A DNA stretch of 64,000 nt. Origin: Escherichia coli O157:H7. Its GTDB lineage: Bacteria; Pseudomonadota; Gammaproteobacteria; Enterobacterales; Enterobacteriaceae. Numbering within the stretch: the stretch's first letter is position 1; each line of letters starts with the position of its first letter. Where the stretch lies: assembly GCF_013167455.1 (NCBI RefSeq), contig NZ_CP038328.1. The stretch is one strand, 5' to 3'. A program made the position numbers and the translations under genes. This document shows, one piece after another, positions 44,805 through 57,979 of this stretch. The notes under the pieces were generated by a model. The model was given only the letters and a program-made list of their open reading frames with translations. It made no database searches and was not told the origin of the DNA.

Positions 44805-46622
44805 TTAGTTCATCCACACCGTAGCCGAAATGGCAGGCAAAGCCAGAATCCCGTCTGTCAGTTGCCCATGGCCTTCTTTGCGTTGCCATTGCACGACATT
44901 AAGAAACGGTGACGCGGGTAGCACCACTTCACAGGCTTCGCCACGGTTAATTGCCACCAGTACACGCTGCTGATTCAGCACGCGGACAAATACCACCACG
45001 TTATCTTCCGCATACAGCACCTGACAGCCGCCACGACGCAGCGCCTGACTTTTCTTACGCAGCGCAATCATTCGCTGGTACAACGCGAATAACGCCATAT
45101 CCTGTTTTTCCACCTGCCAGGGGAACGGCTTACGGCAAAACGGATCATTTTTGCCATCCAGTCCCACTTCATCACCGTAATAAATGCACGGTACACCAGG
45201 CCAGGTGAACAGCCAGACCACTGCCAGGGGCAGGCGCGCAACCTCCCGACCGAGCAGCGTTTTAAATCGCGCAGTATCGTGGCTGTCGAGCTGATTAAAC
45301 ATACGTAATTGCTGTTGATGAGAAAGCCCTGCGCGGTAATTATCCATCCAGGCCATACAGGTTTGAGCGTCAATTTGCTGCGGATCGTAAGAGATGTCGG
45401 TATTGGCAAGAAATCCCCACAACGGGAATGTGAAGCCGCGATAGTTCATGGCGGCATCTTCCACATCGGCCTGTAACCATTGCCGTGCATCGCCAAAATG
45501 CTCTCCAACTATATACGCTTCCGGCTGGGTTTCTTTCGCCGCTTCGGTGATCCCAGCAACGTGCTGCAAATTATTGCGCGCCCCACCCGCTTCCCCCAGC
45601 ATATGCACCACATCCAGCCGCCAGCCGTCCATATTCCACGGCGCTTTCAGCCAGTGGCGGACAATACTGTCTTCCCCGCGATAAATTTCATTCACCAGAC
45701 TTTCCGACTGATAATCCAGCTTCGGCAAGCTGGCATAGCCAAGCCAGTCGAGCGCCGTGCCATCATCACTAAACGAGTACCAGTCGCGCCAGGGCGATTC
45801 GGGGTTGTGACAAGCTCCCCCCGTGCCACGATTGTGCCTGTCAAACCAGGCATGGGAATCGCCACTGTGGTTAAACACGCCATCCAGCACCAGCCGCATT
45901 CCCAGCTGCTGCGTATTGTGGCGTAAGCGCAGCAACGCCCCATCACCGCCAAACTGCGGATCGACATGGCGATAATCCTCGGTATCGTATTTATGTACGC
46001 TGGGAGCTTTAAACACCGGATTGAGATACAGCGCCGTCACGCCAAGCTTTTTCAGATACGGCAGTTTTTCGCTTATCCCGTCCAGATCGCCGCCATAGAA
46101 CGTTGATCCGCCCGCCTGCGCCGTGACCGGTTCATCCCAGTCACGCAAGATGATCTCTTGTCCGGCTGCATGATGGTAATAGACATGATCCTGTTCAGCT
46201 TCACGAGGAAGACTACGCGCAAAACGATCAGGGAAGATCTGATAAAAAATCTGATCCGCAGCCCATTGTGGGCCGATATCCGGTACATCGACGGCAAACT
46301 GCTCCAGTCGTGCCGGCGGCATTCGGCTGAAGCCCTGCGGTGTAAACCAACGCTGGCGATCGTGCCACAGCAGTTTGAAACTGTAACGCCGCCGGGGTTG
46401 TCCGCTGGAGAGATCAATCGCCGCACGCCATGCGGTGACGCCTGGCTGCGGCTGACTGCGCTGCTTATGCATTGGTACTGACATTTCTTCGTTATCGTGT
46501 TCTGTACGCAGCATAATGCGCTGCGGTGGGTCTTCGCCCGTCAGCCACAGTGTAATGAGCAGTTGATCTTTGCTTTGTTTAACAAATGGGGGCACCGGCA
46601 GGTGCCATGCATTTAACATCAT
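44805..46622 (-). CDS. malZ: maltodextrin glucosidase
   Basis: 605-aa ORF, GH13 alpha-amylase family (e.g. [12 protein letters not shown]); MalT-box-like GGAGGA motifs upstream. Confidence 0.92.
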   Translation of the reverse strand: MMLNAWHLPVPPFVKQSKDQLLITLWLTGEDPPQRIMLRTEHDNEEMSVPMHKQRSQPQPGVTAWRAAIDLSSGQPRRRYSFKLLWHDRQRWFTPQGFSRMPPARLEQFAVDVPDIGPQWAADQIFYQIFPDRFARSLPREAEQDHVYYHHAAGQEIILRDWDEPVTAQAGGSTFYGGDLDGISEKLPYLKKLGVTALYLNPVFKAPSVHKYDTEDYRHVDPQFGGDGALLRLRHNTQQLGMRLVLDGVFNHSGDSHAWFDRHNRGTGGACHNPESPWRDWYSFSDDGTALDWLGYASLPKLDYQSESLVNEIYRGEDSIVRHWLKAPWNMDGWRLDVVHMLGEAGGARNNLQHVAGITEAAKETQPEAYIVGEHFGDARQWLQADVEDAAMNYRGFTFPLWGFLANTDISYDPQQIDAQTCMAWMDNYRAGLSHQQQLRMFNQLDSHDTARFKTLLGREVARLPLAVVWLFTWPGVPCIYYGDEVGLDGKNDPFCRKPFPWQVEKQDMALFALYQRMIALRKKSQALRRGGCQVLYAEDNVVVFVRVLNQQRVLVAINRGEACEVVLPASPFLNVVQWQRKEGHGQLTDGILALPAISATVWMN

Positions 46623-46731
46623 AATTCCCCTGTGATGAAAATCTGATCACCTTGCCATAGCCTAATGCAGGATCACTCATCATCTGAAGGATATTTGGGG
46701 GAGGAGGACGGGGGCGGATAACTTTCGGAAT

Positions 46732-46762
46732 AGCCGGATCAGGATTTCCTCCTGAACCGGCT
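46732..46762 (-). terminator. hairpin 3' of proY
   Basis: AGCCGGATCAGGA-TTTCC-TCCTGAACCGGCT, a 13-bp stem with one mismatch, 16 nt beyond the proY stop; no clear U-tract. Confidence 0.4.
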
Positions 46763-46777
46763 TACAGAACGCAAGTA

Positions 46778-48154
46778 TTATTGGTTTTCAGCCAGCTGAC
46801 GATCGTGGCGACGCTTAAACATCCAGCCAATCAACAGCACAACAATCCACGCGAAACCGACATACAGCGAGATACGCGTATCCGGGTGATAACCAATCAA
46901 CCCGATAATAAAGAGCAGGAAAATCAGCCCGCCGATGGTCGTTGCTACCCCACCCGGCACTTTAAATTTCAGCGCCTTAACTTCTTCTGGCGGCAAACGG
47001 CGACGGAAGGCAATTTGCGACAGCAGGATCATAATCCACACCCACACCGTGGCGAAGGTTGCCAGCGAAGCGATCACCAGGAAGACGTTTTCCGGCATGA
47101 TGTAGTTCAGATACACCGCAAACAGCAGCGCGGTAGTCATCACCAGCACCGTAACCCACGGAATACCGCGACGCGACGTTTTGCTGAAAATTTTCGGCGC
47201 GCTGCCCTGCTCTGCCATACCGTGGAGCATACGGCCTACGCCAAATACATCACTGTTAATTGCCGACAGCGAAGCAGTCAGCACAACAAAGTTAAGAATG
47301 CTGGCGGCAAAGGTAATGCCCATATGCTGGAACGTCAGCACGAACGGGCTACCGGCAGTGCCAACCTGATTCCACGGGTAGATAGACATAATGACGAACA
47401 GCGTACCGACGTAGAACACCAGAATACGCATCGGCACGGAGTTAATCGCACGCGGTATCGATTTCTCAGGATCTTTCGCTTCACCGGCGGTAATCCCGAT
47501 AATTTCGATCCCACCGTAAGCAAACATCACCATTTGCAACGACATTACCATGCCAAGCCAGCCGTTACTGAAGAAGCCGCCGTTGCTCCACAGGTTATGA
47601 ATACCGGTCGGTTGCCCGCCGTTGCCAATCCCCCAGATGATGATGCCGAAACCGGCGACAATCATGATGATGATGGTGGCGACTTTAAAGAACGAGAACC
47701 AGAATTCCAGCTCACCGAATACCTTCACGCTCATCAGGTTTACGGCGCAAATGATCAGCACCACGCTCAGTACCCAAATCCAGTGCGGCACCGTCGGGAA
47801 CCAGACACCCATATAGATACCAAAAGCGGTCACATCGGCGATGGCGACAATAAGGATTTCAAAGCAGTAGGTCCAGCCGGTAATGTAACCTGCCAGCGGG
47901 CCGAGGTTTTCCTGCGCATAACGCGAGAAAGAGCTGGCGGCCGGGTTATGTACCGACATTTCCCCCAGCGCACGCATAATGATATACGCCGCGATACCAC
48001 CGATAATATAGGCCAACAACACGCTCGGACCGGCCATTTTGATGGCGTCTGCCGAACCGTAAAACAGCCCGGTGCCAATTGCTGAACCCAGTGCCATAAA
48101 GCGTATGTGGCGGGTACTTAGCCCACGCTTTAGCTTGTTCTTACTTTCCATCAA
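46778..48154 (-). CDS. proY: proline-specific permease (APC family)
   Basis: 12-TM amino-acid permease, [34 protein letters not shown]; synteny with brnQ. Confidence 0.92.
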   Translation of the reverse strand: MMESKNKLKRGLSTRHIRFMALGSAIGTGLFYGSADAIKMAGPSVLLAYIIGGIAAYIIMRALGEMSVHNPAASSFSRYAQENLGPLAGYITGWTYCFEILIVAIADVTAFGIYMGVWFPTVPHWIWVLSVVLIICAVNLMSVKVFGELEFWFSFFKVATIIIMIVAGFGIIIWGIGNGGQPTGIHNLWSNGGFFSNGWLGMVMSLQMVMFAYGGIEIIGITAGEAKDPEKSIPRAINSVPMRILVFYVGTLFVIMSIYPWNQVGTAGSPFVLTFQHMGITFAASILNFVVLTASLSAINSDVFGVGRMLHGMAEQGSAPKIFSKTSRRGIPWVTVLVMTTALLFAVYLNYIMPENVFLVIASLATFATVWVWIMILLSQIAFRRRLPPEEVKALKFKVPGGVATTIGGLIFLLFIIGLIGYHPDTRISLYVGFAWIVVLLIGWMFKRRHDRQLAENQ

Positions 48155-48226
48155 TTCCTAACCCATCAACACAACAAAAAACCACGGGGCATCGCAGCCC
48201 CGTGGTTAAAACAAATGTTCAGTGAT

Positions 48227-49546
48227 TTAGTGAGCGCTGGAGGTCACCTGACGACCTGCCGCGCGATCCCAGATAATGGCCAGAACCACCATCACCACTG
48301 TTGGCATTAACCACGCCAGACCTTGTTCGGCCAGCGGTAAACGCTGCGCCCAGGACGGTAAGATATCGCTGAATGCAGATGCTTTGATCCCGTCGAGAAT
48401 ACCAAAAAGCAGGCTGATAAACATCGGCGGAGCAATCACGCGGGACGAATTATGCCACCATGAGCGTGTAAAACTTAATACAACCAGTGCGATACACGGC
48501 GGATAAATAGCGGTCAGCACCGGTACGGAGATCTGGATCAGCTGGCTTAAGCCGAGGTTAGAAACCACCATCGAGAAGCCGCCGAGGATAAACACCAGCG
48601 TACGATAAGAGAGCGGTACGTACTGGGCAAAGAATTCTGCACAAGCACAGGTCAGGCCAACTGCCGTTACCAGGCAGGCGATGAAGATTAACGCCGCCAG
48701 CAGGAAGCTACCGCCGCCGCCAAAGGTGTGCTGAACGTAAGCATGCAGAATAGCAGCGCCGTTTGCAGACTGATCGACCAGCGACGCGCTGTCTGAACCC
48801 AGACGGAACAGCGCCAGGTACAGCAGAGTCAGACCAACACCCGCCATCAGGCCAGCCCAGACGGTATAACGGGTCAGTAGGCGCGCTTCGGTAACGCCAC
48901 GAGAACGCGCCGCGTTAACAATAACGATACCAAACACCATTGCGCCCAGCGTATCCATGGTCAGATAGCCGTTGACGAAGCCGTTAGAAAACGCAGCGTT
49001 TTGATAAGCCTCAGTCGCCGTGCTGATAGAACCCGCCGGCCAGACAATCGCGGCAACAGACAGGATGACCAGCGCGATAATTTTCAGCGGCGCAAGGAAG
49101 TTGCCCACGGTATCCAGCAGCTTGCCCGGATAGAGCGAAACCAGAATAACGATAGCGAAATAGACCAGGCTGTAGATAAACAGCGGCAGCGCGGAATCAC
49201 CCGTCAGCGGCGCAATCCCCACTTCAAAAGAAACGGTAGCTGTACGCGGCGTAGCGAAAAGCGGCCCCACCGCCAGGTAACAAACCGTTGCCAGCAGTAC
49301 GCCAGCGACTTTACCGATTGGCGTGCTGAGGCTGTCAACACCGCCGCCAACTTTTGCCAGCGCCACTACCGTTAATACCGGCAGGCCAACGGCAGTAATG
49401 AGGAAGCCGAATGCCGCAGTCCAGACGTGTTCGCCTGCCTGTAAGCCGACCATTGGAGGGAAAATAATGTTACCTGCGCCGACGAACAACGCAAATGTCA
49501 TAAAGCCCAGAGCGATGATATCGCGCGATCTTAATTGATGGGTCAT
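48227..49546 (-). CDS. brnQ: branched-chain amino acid transport system II carrier, 439 aa
   Basis: [34 protein letters not shown] is the LIVCS-family N-terminus; 439 aa. Confidence 0.93.
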   Translation of the reverse strand: MTHQLRSRDIIALGFMTFALFVGAGNIIFPPMVGLQAGEHVWTAAFGFLITAVGLPVLTVVALAKVGGGVDSLSTPIGKVAGVLLATVCYLAVGPLFATPRTATVSFEVGIAPLTGDSALPLFIYSLVYFAIVILVSLYPGKLLDTVGNFLAPLKIIALVILSVAAIVWPAGSISTATEAYQNAAFSNGFVNGYLTMDTLGAMVFGIVIVNAARSRGVTEARLLTRYTVWAGLMAGVGLTLLYLALFRLGSDSASLVDQSANGAAILHAYVQHTFGGGGSFLLAALIFIACLVTAVGLTCACAEFFAQYVPLSYRTLVFILGGFSMVVSNLGLSQLIQISVPVLTAIYPPCIALVVLSFTRSWWHNSSRVIAPPMFISLLFGILDGIKASAFSDILPSWAQRLPLAEQGLAWLMPTVVMVVLAIIWDRAAGRQVTSSAH

Positions 49547-49905
49547 AAATCATACTGCCTGTGGATGTGGTGTTGTAACGTTAAATTTTTGTGCCAATCC
49601 CTGGGGATGATACAGCGGTATATTTAAACAATTTTAGCGGGAAATACTCCCAACCAGGCGCGGCGAAGAATAGTTTTTCGATTTACCGCGTTAATGCAGT
49701 CAGTATGACAGCACCTGAAGCGCAATTTAAACGCTTATAACGTTTTAAAGCAAGGAGGGATCTAAAAACCAGAGGTATATAGCGATAAGAAATCACCAAC
49801 CAGTATAAAACACTATTTCCGTGAAAAAGACATGGCTAATCATGCGAACAAAAAATCACCAACCGTTGTAAAATCTAACGCCCGTATTTTGACTGCAAAG
49901 AAAAT

Positions 49906-49925
49906 AAGCCAGCATCGGCTGGCTT
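49906..49925 (-). terminator. Rho-independent terminator of phoR
   Basis: AAGCCAGC-ATCG-GCTGGCTT perfect 8-bp stem; on the minus-strand RNA it is followed by AUUUUCUUUGC. Confidence 0.65.
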
Positions 49926-49952
49926 ATGGCAATAAAAGATGACAAAGGCGGA

Positions 49953-51248
49953 TTAATCGCTGTTTTTGACAATTAAACGTTCCGGGATAACAAAACTGAA
50001 ACGTGTTCCTTTTCCTACTGTACTCTCAATATTCAGGCGACTTTCGTGATGATTCACCGCATGTTTCACGATCGCTAACCCTAATCCGCTACCGCCGGTT
50101 TGCCGGGAACGCGCTTTATCAACGCGATAAAAACGCTCGGTCAGGCGCGGAATATGCTCCGGTGCAATGCCCGGTCCGTTATCTTCAACGCTAAATTCGG
50201 CACCGTGCGGCACTCGCTGCCAGCGTACGGTGATATGCGTGCCTTCCGGCGTATGATTCACGGCGTTATAGACCAGGTTCGAAATCACACTGCGTAGCTG
50301 ATCTTCGTTGCCAGACACCTTGAGGCCGTTATCTATCTCGAAGGTAAATGTCTGTTTTTTCTGACTCAGAGTCTGAGCCTCGCGCTCAACAACGCGCAGC
50401 ATCATCGGCACATCAACCTTTTCATTGAGCAATTGCGTCGGTGCGGCTTCAATTTTCGACAGCGTTAGCAACTGCTTCACCAGCCCTTCCATCCGCTGGG
50501 TCTGCTCGCGCATGGTGTGCAACGCTTTTTCGCGTACCGCGCCTTCCAGCGGCTGCTCATCCATCATCTCCAGGTAACCCTGTAACACGGTCAATGGCGT
50601 ACGTAACTCATGGCTCACGTTGGCAAAAAAGTTACGCCGCGCCCCTTCCAGTTGATGCATTTGCGTGACATCACGCGCCACCATCAGCAACTGTTTGTGG
50701 GTATAAGGCATGACGCGAATTTCCAGATGCCGCCCGGTGTTGAGCACCAGATTGAGCGGGCGAGAAAAATCACGCGTTTTCAAATATTGCGTAAACTCCG
50801 GGTAACGCAGCAGGTTAAGGATGTTCTGCCCGTTATCTTCCGGCCAGCGCAAACCAAGAATCTGTTGCGCCAGACCGTTACACCAGAAAATACCGCCCTC
50901 TTCCGTGGTCAGCACCACCGCGTCGGGCAGCGACTCCGCGCCGCTACGAAAGCGTTTAATCAGATTGCCCAGTTCACGGCGGCGTTTTTTATTTCGCAGC
51001 TGCATCTGGTGTAAGCCGTATAGTAGCGGTTCCCAGCTACCACGCCCCGGTGGCGGGGTCATACTGCGATCCACCCACAGCCACCATGAAAGGCGCAATA
51101 AATTCCAGAAATGCCAGATAAGCAGTCCTGTTACCGATGCCAGCAAAAACCAGGGCAGGTAACCAAAAAATGCACCCAGGATGAAAGCCGGGAGGCAGCA
51201 AAGTAGCAGCTCCAGCACCAGCCTTTTCCACGACAGCCGTTCCAGCAC
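49953..51248 (-). CDS. phoR: phosphate regulon sensor histidine kinase PhoR, 431 aa
   Basis: H-box [21 protein letters not shown] and HATPase_c motifs; 431 aa; downstream of phoB. Confidence 0.95.
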   Translation of the reverse strand: MLERLSWKRLVLELLLCCLPAFILGAFFGYLPWFLLASVTGLLIWHFWNLLRLSWWLWVDRSMTPPPGRGSWEPLLYGLHQMQLRNKKRRRELGNLIKRFRSGAESLPDAVVLTTEEGGIFWCNGLAQQILGLRWPEDNGQNILNLLRYPEFTQYLKTRDFSRPLNLVLNTGRHLEIRVMPYTHKQLLMVARDVTQMHQLEGARRNFFANVSHELRTPLTVLQGYLEMMDEQPLEGAVREKALHTMREQTQRMEGLVKQLLTLSKIEAAPTQLLNEKVDVPMMLRVVEREAQTLSQKKQTFTFEIDNGLKVSGNEDQLRSVISNLVYNAVNHTPEGTHITVRWQRVPHGAEFSVEDNGPGIAPEHIPRLTERFYRVDKARSRQTGGSGLGLAIVKHAVNHHESRLNIESTVGKGTRFSFVIPERLIVKNSD

Positions 51249-51305
51249 GTAAGATACTCCAGTTAAGAAATCATAAGCCCTGCTCTGCGTCCGATGAGCA
51301 AGGCG

Positions 51306-51995
51306 TTAAAAGCGGGTTGAAAAACGATATCCTGTACCGCGCACGGTCTGCACCATGCGGTCATGCCCGCCGGGCTCCAGTGCTTTACGCAGGCGACGAA
51401 TGTGGACATCGACCGTGCGGTCTTCCACATACACGTTAGTTCCCCAGACGTGGTTTAACAGCTGCTCGCGGCTGTACACGCGCTCAGGATGCGTCATAAA
51501 AAAGTGCAGCAGTTTAAATTCTGTCGGCCCCATCTCCAGCGGCTCTTCGCCCGCCATCACTCGGTGAGATGTCGGGTCGAGACTTAATCCCTGCATCTCA
51601 ATCACCTCTTCCACCGCCATTGGCGAAATACGGCGCATTACCGCTTTGATTCGCGCCACCAGCTCCTTCGGCGAAAACGGCTTGGTGATATAGTCATCCG
51701 CGCCGGTTTCAAGGCCGCGCACGCGATCTTCTTCTTCCCCTCTGGCGGTCAACATCACCACTGGAATATCCCGGGTCATCGACTCGCGCTTGAGGTGTTT
51801 GATGAACTGGATACCGGAGCCGCCAGGTAACATCCAGTCAAGGAGAATTAAATCCGGCCAGGGTTCATTCAGTTGATTCACAGCACTGTCATAATCTTCC
51901 GCTTCGACCGGCTGAAAGCCATTTTGTTCGAGCACGAAGCAGACCATTTCGCGAATTGGAGCTTCATCTTCTACGACCAGAATACGTCTCGCCAT
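51306..51995 (-). CDS. phoB: phosphate regulon response regulator PhoB, 229 aa
   Basis: [39 protein letters not shown] receiver domain and winged-helix C-terminus; 229 aa. Confidence 0.95.
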
Positions 51996-52049
51996 GATTT
52001 GCCCTGTTGTAATAAATAGGTTGCGATCATTAATGCGACGTCATTATGC

Positions 52050-52076
52050 GTCAGATTTATGACAGATTTATGAAAA
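52050..52076 (-). promoter_or_regulatory. Pho box (PhoB binding site) of the phoB promoter
   Basis: Minus-strand sequence TTTTCATAAATCTGTCATAAATCTGAC contains tandem CTGTCAT-type repeats matching the Pho-box consensus, about 55 bp upstream of the phoB start. Confidence 0.75.
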
Positions 52077-52184
52077 GCTCGTCGCACATATCTTCAGGTT
52101 ATTGATTTCCGTGGCGCAGAAAAAAGCAAATGGCACATCTGTTTGGGTATAATCGCGCCCATGCTTTTTCGCCAGGGAACCGTT

Positions 52185-53387
52185 ATGCGCATCCTTCACA
52201 CCTCAGACTGGCATCTCGGCCAGAACTTCTACAGTAAAAGCCGCGAAGCTGAACATCAGGCTTTTCTTGACTGGCTGCTGGAGACAGCACAAACCCATCA
52301 GGTGGATGCGATTATTGTTGCCGGTGATGTTTTCGATACCGGCTCGCCGCCCAGTTACGCCCGCACGTTATACAACCGTTTTGTTGTCAATTTACAGCAA
52401 ACTGGCTGTCATCTGGTGGTACTGGCAGGAAACCATGACTCGGTCGCCACGCTGAATGAATCGCGCGATATCATGGCGTTCCTCAATACTACCGTGGTCG
52501 CCAGCGCCGGACATGCGCCGCAAATCTTGCCTCGTCGCGACGGGACGCCAGGCGCAGTGCTGTGCCCCATTCCGTTTTTACGTCCGCGTGACATTATTAC
52601 CAGCCAGGCGGGGCTTAACGGTATTGAAAAACAGCAGCATTTACTGGCAGCGATTACCGATTATTACCAACAACACTATGCCGATGCCTGCAAACTGCGC
52701 GGCGATCAGCCTCTGCCCATCATCGCCACGGGACATTTAACGACCGTGGGGGCCAGTAAAAGTGACGCCGTGCGTGACATTTATATTGGCACGCTGGACG
52801 CGTTTCCGGCACAAAACTTTCCACCAGCCGACTACATCGCGCTCGGGCATATTCACCGCGCACAGATTATTGGCGGCATGGAACATGTTCGCTATTGCGG
52901 CTCCCCCATTCCACTGAGTTTTGATGAATGCGGTAAGAGTAAATATGTCCATCTGGTGACATTTTCAAACGGCAAATTAGAGAGCGTGGAAAACCTGAAC
53001 GTACCGGTAACGCAACCCATGGCAGTGCTGAAAGGCGATCTGGCGTCGATTACCGCACAGCTGGAACAGTGGCGCGATGTATCGCAGGAGCCACCTGTCT
53101 GGCTGGATATCGAAATCACTACTGATGAGTATCTGCATGATATTCAGCGCAAAATCCAGGCATTAACCGAATCATTGCCTGTTGAAGTATTGCTGGTACG
53201 TCGGAGTCGTGAACAGCGCGAGCGTGTGTTAGCCAGCCAACAGCGTGAAACCCTCAGCGAACTCAGCGTCGAAGAGGTGTTCAATCGCCGTCTGGCACTG
53301 GAAGAACTGGATGAATCGCAGCAGCAACGTCTGCAGCATCTTTTCACCACGACGTTGCATACCCTCGCCGGAGAACACGAAGCATGA
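52185..53387 (+). CDS. sbcD: nuclease SbcCD subunit D (Mre11-like), 400 aa
   Basis: [32 protein letters not shown] calcineurin-like phosphoesterase motifs at an internal start of the supplied ORF; overlaps the sbcC start (ATGA). Confidence 0.92.
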   Translation: MRILHTSDWHLGQNFYSKSREAEHQAFLDWLLETAQTHQVDAIIVAGDVFDTGSPPSYARTLYNRFVVNLQQTGCHLVVLAGNHDSVATLNESRDIMAFLNTTVVASAGHAPQILPRRDGTPGAVLCPIPFLRPRDIITSQAGLNGIEKQQHLLAAITDYYQQHYADACKLRGDQPLPIIATGHLTTVGASKSDAVRDIYIGTLDAFPAQNFPPADYIALGHIHRAQIIGGMEHVRYCGSPIPLSFDECGKSKYVHLVTFSNGKLESVENLNVPVTQPMAVLKGDLASITAQLEQWRDVSQEPPVWLDIEITTDEYLHDIQRKIQALTESLPVEVLLVRRSREQRERVLASQQRETLSELSVEEVFNRRLALEELDESQQQRLQHLFTTTLHTLAGEHEA

Positions 53388-56300
53388 AAATTCTCAGCCT
53401 GCGCCTGAAAAACCTGAACTCATTAAAAGGCGAATGGAAGATTGATTTCACCCGCGAGCCGTTCGCCAGCAACGGGCTGTTTGCCATTACCGGCCCGACC
53501 GGTGCGGGGAAAACCACCCTGCTGGACGCCATTTGTCTGGCGCTGTATCACGAAACTCCGCGTCTCTCTAACGTTTCACAATCGCAAAATGATCTCATGA
53601 CCCGCGATACCGCTGAATGTCTGGCGGAGGTGGAGTTTGAAGTGAAAGGTGAAGCGTATCGCGCGTTCTGGAGCCAGAATCGGGCGCGTAACCAACCCGA
53701 CGGTAATTTGCAGGTGCCACGCGTAGAGCTGGCGCGCTGCGCCGACGGCAAAATTCTCGCCGACAAAGTGAAAGATAAGCTGGAACTGACAGCGACGTTA
53801 ACCGGGCTGGATTACGGGCGCTTCACCCGTTCGATGCTGCTTTCGCAGGGGCAATTTGCTGCCTTCCTGAATGCCAAACCCAAAGAACGCGCGGAATTGC
53901 TCGAGGAGTTAACCGGCACTGAAATCTACGGGCAAATCTCGGCGATGGTTTTTGAGCAGCACAAATCGGCCCGCACAGAGCTGGAGAAGCTGCAAGCGCA
54001 GGCCAGCGGCGTCGCGTTGCTCACGCCGGAACAAGTGCAATCGCTGACAGCGAGTTTGCAGGTACTTACTGACGAAGAAAAACAGTTACTTACCGCGCAG
54101 CAGCAAGAACAACAATCACTAAACTGGTTAACGCGTCTGGACGAATTGCAGCAAGAAGCCAGCCGCCGTCAGCAGGCCTTGCAACAGGCGTTAGCCGAAG
54201 AAGAAAAAGCGCAACCTCAACTGGCGGCGCTCAGTCTGGCACAACCGGCACGAAATCTTCGTCCGCACTGGGAACGCATCGCAGAACACAGCGCGGCGCT
54301 GGCGCATACTCGCCAGCAGATTGAAGAAGTAAATACTCGCTTACAGAACACAATGGCGCTTCGCGCGAGCATTCGCCACCACGCGGCGAAGCAGTCAGCA
54401 GAATTACAGCAGCAGCAACAAAGCCTGAATACCTGGTTACAGGAACACGACCGCTTCCGTCAGTGGAACAACGAACTGGCGGGTTGGCGTGCGCAGTTCT
54501 CCCAACAAACCAGCGATCGCGAGCATCTGCGGCAATGGCAGCAACAGTTAACCCATGCTGAGCAAAAACTTAATGCGCTTGCGGCGATCACGTTGATGTT
54601 AACCGCCGATGAAGTTGCTACCGCCCTGGCGCAACATGCTGAGCAACGCCCACTGCGTCAGCGCCTGGTCGCGCTGCATGGGCAGATTGTTCCCCAACAA
54701 AAACGTCTGGCGCAGTTAATGGTCACTATCCAGAATGTCACTCTGGAACAGACGCAACGTAATGCCGCACTTAACGAAATGCGCCAGCGTTATAAAGAAA
54801 AGACGCAGCAACTTGCCGATGTGAAAACCATTTGCGAGCAGGAAGCGCGCATCAAAACGCTGGAAGCTCAACGTGCACAGTTACAGGCGGGTCAGCCTTG
54901 TCCACTTTGTGGTTCCACCAGCCATCCGGCGGTCGAGGCGTATCAGGCGCTGGAGCCTGGCGTTAATCAGTCTCGATTACTGGCGCTGGAAAACGAAGTT
55001 AAAAAGCTCGGCGAAGAAGGTGCGGCGCTGCGCGGGCAACTGGATGCATTAACGAAGCAGCTTCAGCGCGATGAAAACGAAGCGCAAAGCCTCCGACAAG
55101 ATGAGCAAGCACTTACTCAACAATGGCAAGCCGTCACGGCCAGCCTCAATATCACCTTGCAGCCACAGGACGATATTCAACCGTGGCTGGATGCACAAGA
55201 TGAGCACGAACGCCAGCTGCGGTTACTCAGCCAACGACATGAATTACAAGGGCAGATTGCCGCGCATAATCAGCAAATTATCCAGTATCAACAGCAAATT
55301 GAACAACGCCAGCAGCAGCTCTTAACGGCATTGGCGGGTTATGCACTGACATTGCCACAGGAAGATGAAGAAGAGAGCTGGTTGGCGACACGTCAGCAAG
55401 AAGCGCAGAGCTGGCAGCAACGCCAGAACGAATTAACCGCGCTGCAAAACCGTATTCAGCAGCTGACGCCGATTCTGGAAACGTTGCCGCAAAGTGATGA
55501 TCTCCCGCACAGCGAAGAAACTGTGGCGCTGGATAACTGGCGGCAGGTTCATGAACAATGTCTCGCATTACACAGCCAGCAGCAGACGTTACAGCAACAG
55601 GATGTTCTGGCGGCGCAAAGTCTGCAAAAAGCCCAGGCGCAGTTTGACACCGCGCTACAGGCCAGCGTCTTTGACGATCAGCAGGCGTTCCTTGCGGCGC
55701 TAATGGATGAACAAACACTAACGCAGCTGGAACAGCTCAAGCAGAATCTGGAAAACCAGCGCCGTCAGGCGCAAACGCTGGTCACTCAGACAGCAGAAAC
55801 GCTGGCACAGCATCAACAACACCGACCTGACGGGTTGGCTCTCACTGTGACGGTGGAGCAGATTCAGCAAGAGTTAGCGCAAACTCACCAAAAGTTGCGT
55901 GAAAACACCACGAGTCAAGGCGAGATTCGCCAGCAGCTGAAGCAGGATGCAGATAACCGTCAGCAACAACAAACCTTACTGCAGCAAATTGCTCAAATGA
56001 CGCAGCAGGTTGAGGACTGGGGATATCTGAATTCGCTAATAGGTTCCAAAGAGGGCGATAAATTCCGCAAGTTTGCCCAGGGGCTGACGCTGGATAATTT
56101 AGTCCATCTCGCTAATCAGCAACTTACCCGGCTGCACGGGCGCTATCTGTTACAGCGCAAAGCCAGCGAGGCGCTGGAAGTCGAGGTTGTTGATACCTGG
56201 CAGGCAGATGCGGTACGCGATACCCGTACCCTTTCCGGCGGCGAAAGTTTCCTCGTTAGTCTGGCGCTGGCGCTGGCGCTTTCGGATCTGGTCAGCCATA

Positions 56301-56527
56301 AAACACGTATTGACTCGCTGTTCCTTGATGAAGGTTTTGGCACGCTGGATAGCGAAACGCTGGATACCGCCCTTGATGCGCTGGATGCCCTGAACGCCAG
56401 TGGCAAAACCATCGGTGTGATTAGCCACGTTGAAGCGATGAAAGAGCGTATTCCTGTGCAGATCAAAGTGAAGAAGATCAACGGCCTGGGCTACAGCAAA
56501 CTGGAAAGTACGTTTGCAGTGAAATAA
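53384..56527 (+). CDS. sbcC: nuclease SbcCD subunit C (Rad50-like SMC ATPase), 1047 aa
   Basis: Walker [10 protein letters not shown], long Q-rich coiled coil, central CxxC zinc hook ([13 protein letters not shown]), C-terminal signature [17 protein letters not shown] and Walker [12 protein letters not shown]. Confidence 0.95.
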   Translation: MKILSLRLKNLNSLKGEWKIDFTREPFASNGLFAITGPTGAGKTTLLDAICLALYHETPRLSNVSQSQNDLMTRDTAECLAEVEFEVKGEAYRAFWSQNRARNQPDGNLQVPRVELARCADGKILADKVKDKLELTATLTGLDYGRFTRSMLLSQGQFAAFLNAKPKERAELLEELTGTEIYGQISAMVFEQHKSARTELEKLQAQASGVALLTPEQVQSLTASLQVLTDEEKQLLTAQQQEQQSLNWLTRLDELQQEASRRQQALQQALAEEEKAQPQLAALSLAQPARNLRPHWERIAEHSAALAHTRQQIEEVNTRLQNTMALRASIRHHAAKQSAELQQQQQSLNTWLQEHDRFRQWNNELAGWRAQFSQQTSDREHLRQWQQQLTHAEQKLNALAAITLMLTADEVATALAQHAEQRPLRQRLVALHGQIVPQQKRLAQLMVTIQNVTLEQTQRNAALNEMRQRYKEKTQQLADVKTICEQEARIKTLEAQRAQLQAGQPCPLCGSTSHPAVEAYQALEPGVNQSRLLALENEVKKLGEEGAALRGQLDALTKQLQRDENEAQSLRQDEQALTQQWQAVTASLNITLQPQDDIQPWLDAQDEHERQLRLLSQRHELQGQIAAHNQQIIQYQQQIEQRQQQLLTALAGYALTLPQEDEEESWLATRQQEAQSWQQRQNELTALQNRIQQLTPILETLPQSDDLPHSEETVALDNWRQVHEQCLALHSQQQTLQQQDVLAAQSLQKAQAQFDTALQASVFDDQQAFLAALMDEQTLTQLEQLKQNLENQRRQAQTLVTQTAETLAQHQQHRPDGLALTVTVEQIQQELAQTHQKLRENTTSQGEIRQQLKQDADNRQQQQTLLQQIAQMTQQVEDWGYLNSLIGSKEGDKFRKFAQGLTLDNLVHLANQQLTRLHGRYLLQRKASEALEVEVVDTWQADAVRDTRTLSGGESFLVSLALALALSDLVSHKTRIDSLFLDEGFGTLDSETLDTALDALDALNASGKTIGVISHVEAMKERIPVQIKVKKINGLGYSKLESTFAVK

Positions 56528-56652
56528 CTATTCAGCAGGATAATGAATACAGAGGGGCGAATTATCTCTTGGCCTTGCTGGTCGTTATCCTGCAAGCTAT
56601 CACTTTATTGGCTACGGTGATTGGTAGCCGTTCTGGTAGTTGTGATGGTGGT

Positions 56653-57837
56653 ATGAAAAAAGTCATTTTATCTTTGGCTCTGGGCACGTTTGGTTTGGGG
56701 ATGGCCGAATTTGGCATTATGGGCGTGCTCACGGAGCTGGCGCATAACGTAGGAATTTCGATTCCTGCTGCCGGGCATATGATCTCGTATTATGCGCTGG
56801 GGGTGGTGGTCGGTGCGCCAATAATCGCACTCTTTTCCAGCCGCTACTCACTCAAACATATCTTGTTGTTTCTGGTGGCGTTGTGCGTCATTGGCAACGC
56901 CATGTTCACGCTCTCTTCGTCGTACCTGATGCTTGCCATTGGTCGCCTGGTTTCCGGCTTTCCGCATGGCGCATTTTTTGGCGTCGGAGCGATCGTGTTA
57001 TCAAAAATTATCAAACCCGGAAAAGTCACCGCCGCCGTGGCGGGGATGGTTTCCGGGATGACAGTCGCCAATTTGCTGGGCATTCCGCTGGGAACGTATT
57101 TAAGTCAGGAATTTAGCTGGCGTTACACCTTTTTATTGATCGCTGTTTTTAATATTGCGGTGATGGCATCGGTCTATTTTTGGGTGCCGGATATTCGCGA
57201 CGAGGCGAAAGGAAAGCTGCGCGAACAATTTCACTTTTTGCGCAGCCCGGCCCCGTGGTTAATTTTCGCCGCCACCATGTTTGGCAACGCAGGTGTGTTT
57301 GCCTGGTTCAGCTACGTAAAGCCATACATGATGTTTATTTCCGGTTTTTCGGAAACGGCGATGACCTTTATTATGATGTTAGTTGGGCTAGGGATGGTGC
57401 TGGGAAATATGCTAAGTGGCAGGATTTCAGGACGTTATTCACCACTGCGCATTGCAGCAGTGACTGACTTTATAATTGTACTGGCACTGCTGATGCTCTT
57501 TTTCTGCGGCGGCATGAAAACAACGTCGCTTATTTTTGCTTTTATTTGTTGCGCGGGATTATTTGCCCTTTCAGCACCTCTGCAAATATTGTTACTGCAA
57601 AATGCCAAAGGCGGAGAGTTATTAGGTGCCGCAGGTGGGCAAATAGCGTTTAACCTCGGTAGCGCCGTCGGCGCATATTGCGGAGGTATGATGCTGACGC
57701 TGGGGCTGGCATATAATTACGTGGCGCTGCCTGCCGCCCTGCTTTCGTTTGCTGCGATGTCATCGTTGCTGCTGTATGGTCGCTATAAGCGCCAGCAAGC
57801 GGCGGATAGTCCGGTGCTGGCGAAACCACTGGGGTAG
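56653..57837 (+). CDS. araJ: MFS transporter AraJ, 394 aa
   Basis: Start MKKVILSLALGTFGLGMAEFGIMGVLTELAHNV at residue 29 of the supplied ORF; 12-TM MFS. Confidence 0.88.
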   Translation: MKKVILSLALGTFGLGMAEFGIMGVLTELAHNVGISIPAAGHMISYYALGVVVGAPIIALFSSRYSLKHILLFLVALCVIGNAMFTLSSSYLMLAIGRLVSGFPHGAFFGVGAIVLSKIIKPGKVTAAVAGMVSGMTVANLLGIPLGTYLSQEFSWRYTFLLIAVFNIAVMASVYFWVPDIRDEAKGKLREQFHFLRSPAPWLIFAATMFGNAGVFAWFSYVKPYMMFISGFSETAMTFIMMLVGLGMVLGNMLSGRISGRYSPLRIAAVTDFIIVLALLMLFFCGGMKTTSLIFAFICCAGLFALSAPLQILLLQNAKGGELLGAAGGQIAFNLGSAVGAYCGGMMLTLGLAYNYVALPAALLSFAAMSSLLLYGRYKRQQAADSPVLAKPLG

Positions 57838-57865
57838 ATTACTGTCACGGTGTGCGTTGCTTATT

Positions 57866-57960
57866 GCCGGATGCGGCGTGAACGCCTTATCCGCCCTACG
57901 CGGTTCTGGCACATTTTGTAGGCCTGATAAGACGCGGCAAGCGTCGCATCAGGCATGATG
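57866..57960. repeat. REP elements between araJ and mak
   Basis: GCCGGATGCGGCGTGAACGCCTTATCCGCCCTAC and GTAGGCCTGATAAGACGCGGCAAGCGTCGCATCAGGCA match the REP consensus. Confidence 0.75.
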
Positions 57961-57979
57961 CGCCAATTGCCTGGGTTTT

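Noticed and set aside
46781-48085. 434-aa plus-strand ORF
   Set aside because: Antisense to the confidently identified permease gene proY; Arg/His-rich shadow-frame composition.
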